From assembly GCA_028867755.1 (NCBI GenBank), contig JAGWFT010000001.1, forward strand, positions 772,727-836,726: a DNA stretch of 64,000 bases. The letters run 5' to 3'. Below are positions 58,160-64,000 of the stretch, piece after piece. Made by a program: the position numbers and the translations under genes. Position 1 is the stretch's first letter. Each line of letters begins with the position of its first letter. Source of the stretch: Nitrososphaerota archaeon. Its GTDB lineage: Archaea; Thermoproteota; Nitrososphaeria; Nitrososphaerales; Nitrosopumilaceae. Under the pieces are notes generated by a model. The model did not search any database and was not told the DNA's origin. It saw only the letters and a program-made list of their open reading frames with translations.

Positions 58160-58945
58160 TTATGCATACTGGTTTTGAAGATTACTCAATACCTCCTGGT
58201 GATGTTCACATAATTTTCCAACTTTCATTTGTGTATACAAGAGGTCTTCTTGCCAGTGTGCATTGTATAACATGCATTTTTTTGATTCGCAAAAAGGAAC
58301 ACTAGTAAGATAATAAAATATAGCTTGTAAGGCATATCCCCTAACAATAAAACGCAGTCTATTATCATGGTATTCTAGAAATCTTCCATCAAATTCACGT
58401 TTAGCTGCTTCTAGGTTCAGGCCTTGTGACATTTTTTCATACAATTGGACATAGTAATCGCGCGGTTTTGCTGGTGCTTCAATCATTCCAGTGGTAGAAA
58501 TGATAGATGGATTAGAGCATATCACAGCCCTTCCATGATATCTGTAATCCTCGTAATCATAACTACAAGTCAGTTTTGTTGTAAATATGAGATGAAATTT
58601 GTCAGATGATAATTCTGAATCCGGTATGGCATGCTTAAAAATATTTTGAAGCTCAAAACCATCATACAAAATTATGTTATTTGTAGCTGATGGCATCTCT
58701 GATCGTTCTTCAAATGTGATATCTTCTATAGTGGGATTATGTTTTTCAAAAGGCACATAAGGATTAAAAACTCTACAAGATGCTATCTGATATAAAATTT
58801 CTTTTTCTAGATTGAAATGTTGAAAGAATTTTTGTCGTATCTCAACACTTGCTCCAATTTGTTTTTCTATGAATTCAGCAAGCTCATTGATTTTGAGCTC
58901 ATTAATACTAGGCTCATTATACAAAAATATCTTACTTATTTTCAA
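58160..58945 (-). CDS. Putative archaemetzincin-like protein (DUF6775-like)
   Basis: YHGRAVIC, EAPAKP, C-terminal CESKKCMLYNAHWQ...LCEHH; no HExxH visible. Confidence 0.6.
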   Translation of the reverse strand: MKISKIFLYNEPSINELKINELAEFIEKQIGASVEIRQKFFQHFNLEKEILYQIASCRVFNPYVPFEKHNPTIEDITFEERSEMPSATNNIILYDGFELQNIFKHAIPDSELSSDKFHLIFTTKLTCSYDYEDYRYHGRAVICSNPSIISTTGMIEAPAKPRDYYVQLYEKMSQGLNLEAAKREFDGRFLEYHDNRLRFIVRGYALQAIFYYLTSVPFCESKKCMLYNAHWQEDLLYTQMKVGKLCEHHQEVLSNLQNQYA

Positions 58946-58970
58946 TAATAAAATGCCTACTCAGGTCGAT

Positions 58971-59789
58971 TTATCTTCTTAGTTCTTTTATCTTATATGC
59001 CGTAATCTCAGCTGCCTTCTTACCTGACAATAACATGGAGCCGTATGTTGGGCCCATCCTTGCAATTCCATATGTTTCTGTGACTGACATACCAGCTGCT
59101 ACAAGCCCAGGATATACTTCACCTGTGTTGTACACCACTTTATTTTCGCCATCGTCCACCCACATTGGATCCATGCCTTTCCAATTTACTAGTTTTCTGT
59201 CTACTAGTCTTTTGACAGCCACAGAATCATGACCGGACGCATCTATTACCATCTTAGATTCTAATGCAACTGGGTCTACACAAGTTATGTTTCTTGGAAG
59301 AGCTGAAACTGGCATCCAATTCACTACAACACCTCCCACTCTACCCTTTTTCAATACTAAATCGTCAAACTTTGTCAGATTCAAGAATTTTACTCCGGCA
59401 TCGCAAGCAGCAGCTATTAATTTTGAAACTGCATGTGGTCCGGGTGTAAGATAAAGACCTTCTCTTACCTTCTTGTAGGGAATCCCTAATTCGTCCCAAA
59501 TTTTTTGTGCTGGGGCTCTAACCGTTACAGGGTTCATCATGTATCCTCCTAACCAGTATCCTCCACCGAGGTAATTGTTTTGTTCTATGACTAGAGTTTT
59601 GAATCCCATCAATGCAAGTTCTCTGCTTGCTGTCAAACCTGCTGGACCTGCGCCTATGATTATGACATCAGAATCAGCTCTATCTACAAGTACTGAATGA
59701 AATTCATCTGCAATTGCTCTTGTAATCTCTTTCTCGTCCACATCTGCAAAGATTTTGGGCACTTCTCCTTCCTGAGTAACCTTTTGCAT
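58971..59789 (-). CDS. thi4: Thiazole biosynthesis enzyme THI4
   Basis: GAGPAGL, GGGYWLGG, CVDP, DASGHD, RMGPTYGSMLLSG. Confidence 0.95.
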   Translation of the reverse strand: MQKVTQEGEVPKIFADVDEKEITRAIADEFHSVLVDRADSDVIIIGAGPAGLTASRELALMGFKTLVIEQNNYLGGGYWLGGYMMNPVTVRAPAQKIWDELGIPYKKVREGLYLTPGPHAVSKLIAAACDAGVKFLNLTKFDDLVLKKGRVGGVVVNWMPVSALPRNITCVDPVALESKMVIDASGHDSVAVKRLVDRKLVNWKGMDPMWVDDGENKVVYNTGEVYPGLVAAGMSVTETYGIARMGPTYGSMLLSGKKAAEITAYKIKELRR

Positions 59790-59825
59790 GAAAAATATCC
59801 TTGGGACAGCACATTAATAGTTTGC

Positions 59826-60869
59826 TCAGGTTGCAAATACATCTTCAAACAATTTGATACATTCTCTAATGTGCATCTTTTTTGTAGGATTTTTGAACGC
59901 GTAAGCTGAAATGGTGTCTACTTTAGCAAGATCTTTTTTGGCTAACACGTATTTTGCAGCCCTTAGTGAATCAACTATTACGTTACAACCATTTGTGCTA
60001 TCATTAGTTCTAAGTGATAGGTCCATTTCTATCGTCGAACCTAGAAATCCTTTAGCTTCCATCCAGTAATAGCTAACCCTAGAGTCGCCAAGCTGTTCTG
60101 CATATTCTGTAGTGCCTGCAGTGGACTTGAAAGGATAAGTTGTCTCGATTGCAATGGATTCTGTTTTTATATTTCTCTTTTTCTCTCTTGTTTCCTCAGC
60201 CATTGTATTCATAGTGTCTTGATTTCCTCCTACGTCGAGCTGATATGCTTTCTGAACCCTGATACCTCTGCTTGTCATGAAATCTATCATACCACGATGA
60301 AATGCAGTTCCACCAAACTGGCTCATTAAATCGTCTCCTAAAATGATCAATCCTTTATTTTCAAATGCTTTTCGCATCTTATCAGTTACTGTTTTGGCAG
60401 ATGTGGCATTAAAAAAAGAACATCCAGCATCTAATGCTGCTTCAGAATATTTTTCTGATGTCTTGTCAAGACCAGAAGAAATTACGCTGACAAGAAAATC
60501 TGGTTTGATAGATTTGAGTGACTTTACAAATTCTTCATAGTTTGAAGATTTTATCTGACCGTTCTGGCTAATGTGAGCAGGTACAGCATCTAACATCATT
60601 CCGGGTTGAATACTAACATCAGAAAAACTTGTCTTATGGTCTGCAATTAATTGACCAATTTTTTTCCCCACTTTGGAAGAATCTATGTCAAAAACGGTTG
60701 ATATTGCAATGTCATTGAGAGTTAAACCTGCAATCTTTGGATGCCAAAGCCCTTCTACTGAATTCTTGTAAAATTCTAATCCTTTGATTAGAGTCGATGT
60801 TACATTGCCCATTCCAGCAATTGCGATTTTAATTTTATCTGACACGCAATTTTTCTCGCCGGTCTTCAT
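59826..60869 (-). CDS. ino1: myo-inositol-1-phosphate synthase family protein (divergent)
   Basis: IAGMGN, FDIDSSKVG, GDDLMSQFGGT, YQLDVGGN, FKNP. Confidence 0.75.
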   Translation of the reverse strand: MKTGEKNCVSDKIKIAIAGMGNVTSTLIKGLEFYKNSVEGLWHPKIAGLTLNDIAISTVFDIDSSKVGKKIGQLIADHKTSFSDVSIQPGMMLDAVPAHISQNGQIKSSNYEEFVKSLKSIKPDFLVSVISSGLDKTSEKYSEAALDAGCSFFNATSAKTVTDKMRKAFENKGLIILGDDLMSQFGGTAFHRGMIDFMTSRGIRVQKAYQLDVGGNQDTMNTMAEETREKKRNIKTESIAIETTYPFKSTAGTTEYAEQLGDSRVSYYWMEAKGFLGSTIEMDLSLRTNDSTNGCNVIVDSLRAAKYVLAKKDLAKVDTISAYAFKNPTKKMHIRECIKLFEDVFAT

Positions 60870-61033
60870 TTAACTCTTTTCTGGTGTTATTGTTTAGATT
60901 AGCTTTTCCTAAGTAAAATCTATCATTTTATCATATGTCATGATATGGAAAATCTTGCCACCATATCTTTGACTAGTGCATATCTGGCGTCTACTTTAAA
61001 ATTTATATGCGCTCCTAGAAGTAGCTACAGTAA

Positions 61034-62839
61034 TTGAGTAAGACAAGCCTCTCTCAGTCTAAACCTGATAATCTTCCAAAACCTAGGATCCAATGGGGTC
61101 GCATAGAGGAGGCTGAAAAGTTTGCAGAAATGGTAAAACTCTTCAGGCAAGGTAAGATTAGCCGAGATGATCTGCGAAGATTCAGACTCCAACATGGTGC
61201 ATATGGAAGCCGAATGACTGATGATTACAGTATGATTCGTGTAAAGATCCCAGCAGGGGAAGTTTATCCAGAGCAAATCGAAAAAATGGCTGAACTAAGT
61301 GAATCGTTCTCAATTGGAAGTGCACATGTTTCCACAAGACAAAATTTCCAACTCCACTGGATTGCCCTGGAAGATGTTTCTGAGGTTATGCGAGGGCTGG
61401 CAGAAATTGGACTAACATCAAGAGAAGCATGTGGTAATTCAGTAAGAAATGTGATGTGTAGCCCTCTTGCCGGTGTGTGTCCTAATGAAGTATTTGATCC
61501 TACTCCGTATGCTTTGTCAACTGCAAAATTTCTACTACGAAACTCGATGAATCAGTCTCTACCAAGAAAATTTAAGATCAATTATACGTGTTGTGAGAAA
61601 CACGGGATGGCAAGAATAGTGGATATTGGTCTTATACCTCAAAGAGTAGAAATTAATGGGAAATTACAGAATGGATTCAAAGTTTTCTTAGGTGGAGGAC
61701 TTGGTGCCCAGTCGTTTGTAGGCCATCAACTTGAAGAATTTACACCTGAAGAAGAGTTGCTCTATACAATAATTGCAGTCATTAGAGTTTATGATAGACT
61801 GGGAAACCGTGAGAATATGGCACGAAATAGAATGAGATATCTTGTTAATGAACTTGGATGGGATAAATTCCAAAATGTTGTATTAAAAGAACGAACGATG
61901 GTTAGGCTAACACAATCTGTTGTGGTAAAACTTGATCTTGATAAAGCTCCTGAAGTGCTGCACAAAGTCTCAATTAGTTCTGAATCTCCGTCGCATCCGG
62001 CAGGATTCTCTAGATGGCTTAAAACCAACACCATGAAGCAAAAACAACAAGGCTATAGTGCAGCATTCATTACTCTAGAATCAGGCGATATTACAGCAAG
62101 CCAGCTACGTGTCATAGCTGACATGGCAAGAGAGTTTTCTGCAGAAGGAAGAATCAGAAATGGATTTGCACAAGACATTGTGTTTAGGTGGGTACGGAAT
62201 GAGGATCTTCTAAACTTTTATGCTAGATTGTTAGAAGTTGGTCTTGCAAATCCAGGTGCATTGACCATGGCTTCAGTGGTGGGATGTTCAGGTACCACCT
62301 CGTGTAACTTGGCATTGACCAATTCTCATAGACTTGCAAAGGAAGTGCAACGAAAATTCCTTGAAATAAAACTTGATGAAGATGATGATCTACGAGACTC
62401 CACAATCAAGATAAGCGGGTGTCCAAATTCATGCGGTCAACACGAAATTGCAACAATTGGATTTTATGGTGGTGGTGCAAGGCTGGGAAAAGACATGTAT
62501 CCGCTCTATACTATGTCATTGGGTGGAAGAGCAGATGAAGCATCAATGTTAGGACTGACAACTACCAAAGTACCAGCAAAGAGAGTTATTCCAACAATTT
62601 TGAAAATAATTGAGATTTTTAAATCTGAAAAAAAATCAGGTGAAACTCTGGATTCATGGATTCATAGGATAATTGAAGGAAACGGCGGCCCAAAAGTCAA
62701 ATCAATTAATGATATCAAAGAATTGCTAAAACCTGTTGTAGCCCCACCAACAGTTGAGCAAGATCAGGACTTTTACGTAGATTATGGAAATGACGGAAAC
62801 TATCACGCCAGAACTGGAAGGGGCGAATGTGCTGCTTGA
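61034..62839 (+). CDS. sir: Ferredoxin-dependent sulfite/nitrite reductase (siroheme)
   Basis: STRQNFQ, CGNSVRNVMC, LPRKFK, CSGTTSC and GCPNSCGQH cluster/siroheme motifs. Confidence 0.93.
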   Translation: MSKTSLSQSKPDNLPKPRIQWGRIEEAEKFAEMVKLFRQGKISRDDLRRFRLQHGAYGSRMTDDYSMIRVKIPAGEVYPEQIEKMAELSESFSIGSAHVSTRQNFQLHWIALEDVSEVMRGLAEIGLTSREACGNSVRNVMCSPLAGVCPNEVFDPTPYALSTAKFLLRNSMNQSLPRKFKINYTCCEKHGMARIVDIGLIPQRVEINGKLQNGFKVFLGGGLGAQSFVGHQLEEFTPEEELLYTIIAVIRVYDRLGNRENMARNRMRYLVNELGWDKFQNVVLKERTMVRLTQSVVVKLDLDKAPEVLHKVSISSESPSHPAGFSRWLKTNTMKQKQQGYSAAFITLESGDITASQLRVIADMAREFSAEGRIRNGFAQDIVFRWVRNEDLLNFYARLLEVGLANPGALTMASVVGCSGTTSCNLALTNSHRLAKEVQRKFLEIKLDEDDDLRDSTIKISGCPNSCGQHEIATIGFYGGGARLGKDMYPLYTMSLGGRADEASMLGLTTTKVPAKRVIPTILKIIEIFKSEKKSGETLDSWIHRIIEGNGGPKVKSINDIKELLKPVVAPPTVEQDQDFYVDYGNDGNYHARTGRGECAA

Positions 62840-63636
62840 GCAAAGAAAAGACTACTCGAATAACTGTTGACGCTGATACTCTGCGATCTGAGATTAGAGA
62901 TAAGAGCGTCAAGGTCCTTGATATTAGAAAAGAAGAAGATTACAAACAAGGACACTTGCCTGGTGCAATCAATTTTCCACTATCAAGCCTCCTCTCAGAT
63001 GATAGTCCTGAAACTATTTTACAACATACTCAGTCTTTTGGTATAGATGACGAGACACATGTTGTTGTATATGATGATACATTTGGTGCTTTGGCATCAC
63101 GTGTAGCATGGACCCTTCAATATATTGGTCATGAAGAAGTTTCCATACTTGATATAACATATGGATCATGGAAAAAACTTGGCCTTGAAACAAATACAGA
63201 ATCGCCATCTCTTGGCAAAAAAACTCATTCTTTAAAGATACAACCACAGATTCTTGCAACTGCTGATTACCTAATGCCTGCCAAAGAGAAGGGTGCTGTA
63301 TTGATGGACAACAGGGAAAGACTCAATTTTCTTGAAAATCATATTCCAGGAGCAATAAACATTCCATATAGAATGCTTGCCTCTCCTCAAAATATACTAA
63401 GATCAAAAGATGAATTGAGAAGACTTATGCAGAATAGGAACATATCTCCTGACTCTGAAGTGATCACATATTGTGGTAGTGTGGGTACTCTATCTGGATT
63501 GGGATATTATGCATTAAAGTCCATAGGGCTCCAAAATGTTAAACTCTATGTTCGCTCGTTTAAGGAATGGAAATCGCTTGAGAGGCCAATAGAGAAACAA
63601 AAGGATGCAAATTATTGGGATCTCTCTGCAGAATAA
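62836..63636 (+). CDS. Tandem-domain rhodanese (thiosulfate sulfurtransferase)
   Basis: GHLPGA, VVYDD, HIPGA, TYCGSVG, LYVRSFKEW; TTG start overlaps the sir stop. Confidence 0.9.
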   Translation: MSKEKTTRITVDADTLRSEIRDKSVKVLDIRKEEDYKQGHLPGAINFPLSSLLSDDSPETILQHTQSFGIDDETHVVVYDDTFGALASRVAWTLQYIGHEEVSILDITYGSWKKLGLETNTESPSLGKKTHSLKIQPQILATADYLMPAKEKGAVLMDNRERLNFLENHIPGAINIPYRMLASPQNILRSKDELRRLMQNRNISPDSEVITYCGSVGTLSGLGYYALKSIGLQNVKLYVRSFKEWKSLERPIEKQKDANYWDLSAE

Positions 63637-63641
63637 TGTTT

Positions 63642-64000
63642 TTAGGTATTTTGGGTAGCAGTCTCATTTCTTAATTTCTTTGTAGTCTGACTTTCAATAT
63701 GATCAAAGAGTTCCATCATTTTCTTCTTGTTTGCTTGTAAATATTCATAGCCTTTATCGGTTAATCTAACCTTGAACAGTCTGATATCTCTATGTTCTTC
63801 AAAAAAGTGTTCTATCATCTGTGCACCTCTTTTGTTAGGATCAATGAATGCATCCATCCTTGAGATAACCTCATTGACATCCCCTTTCTCTATGGCAGAC
63901 TTGACTGCTTGCGCTGCCTCACTAATATCCCTCAAGTGTTGAATCAATAATGGATTGGTCTTCTTTGTTGTTCCAAACAGTCCTTTCTTTTCAACACCTA
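63642..64000 (-). CDS. Hypothetical protein (5' end outside window)
   Basis: Frame stays open from 63947 to the window end (…GVEKKGLFGTTKKTNPLLIQHLRD…). Confidence 0.7.
   Translation of the reverse strand, partial: GVEKKGLFGTTKKTNPLLIQHLRDISEAAQAVKSAIEKGDVNEVISRMDAFIDPNKRGAQMIEHFFEEHRDIRLFKVRLTDKGYEYLQANKKKMMELFDHIESQTTKKLRNETATQNT

Noticed and set aside
60925-60950. Short imperfect palindrome CATATGTCATGATATG in the ino1-sir divergent region
   Set aside because: Too short and AT-rich to distinguish from chance without comparative data
1-64000. CRISPR array, cas genes, integrase or provirus at tRNA-Pro or tRNA-Ser
   Set aside because: No regularly spaced direct repeats, no cas or integrase ORFs, and no duplicated tRNA 3' end (att site) seen by eye

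Overview
A 64 kb, AT-rich, gene-dense chromosomal segment from an ammonia-oxidising archaeon (Nitrososphaerota/Thaumarchaeota; Nitrosotalea- or Nitrosopumilales-like, inferred from gene content such as cdvA, two-domain thyX, cofC/D/E, Cys-type thi4, archaeal proS, fen, aIF-1 and Sec61beta). Most of it is core genome: translation, DNA repair, F420 synthesis, an Opp-type ABC transporter, a sulfur assimilation/thiamine cluster and a two-component locus. It holds three RNA genes absent from the ORF track (tRNA-Pro(TGG), intron-containing tRNA-Ser(CGA), RNase P RNA) and two short unannotated CDSs (Sec61beta and a 57-aa protein). No CRISPR array or intact mobile element was seen. The most unusual signal is a small accessory patch at 37.4-40.6 kb: a decayed DDE transposase fragment followed by two paralogous secreted four-domain PKD/Ig proteins. 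In both, the first domain appears to lack its first beta-strand and the C-terminus ends in a spare copy of that strand, a layout that suggests head-to-tail donor-strand polymerisation into a filament. Other notable items are an HtrA protease with a collagen-like Gly-X-Y stalk, a cupredoxin lacking its Cys ligand, and a TusA that seems to need an ATT start codon. All calls come from reading the sequence by eye; no database searches were run.
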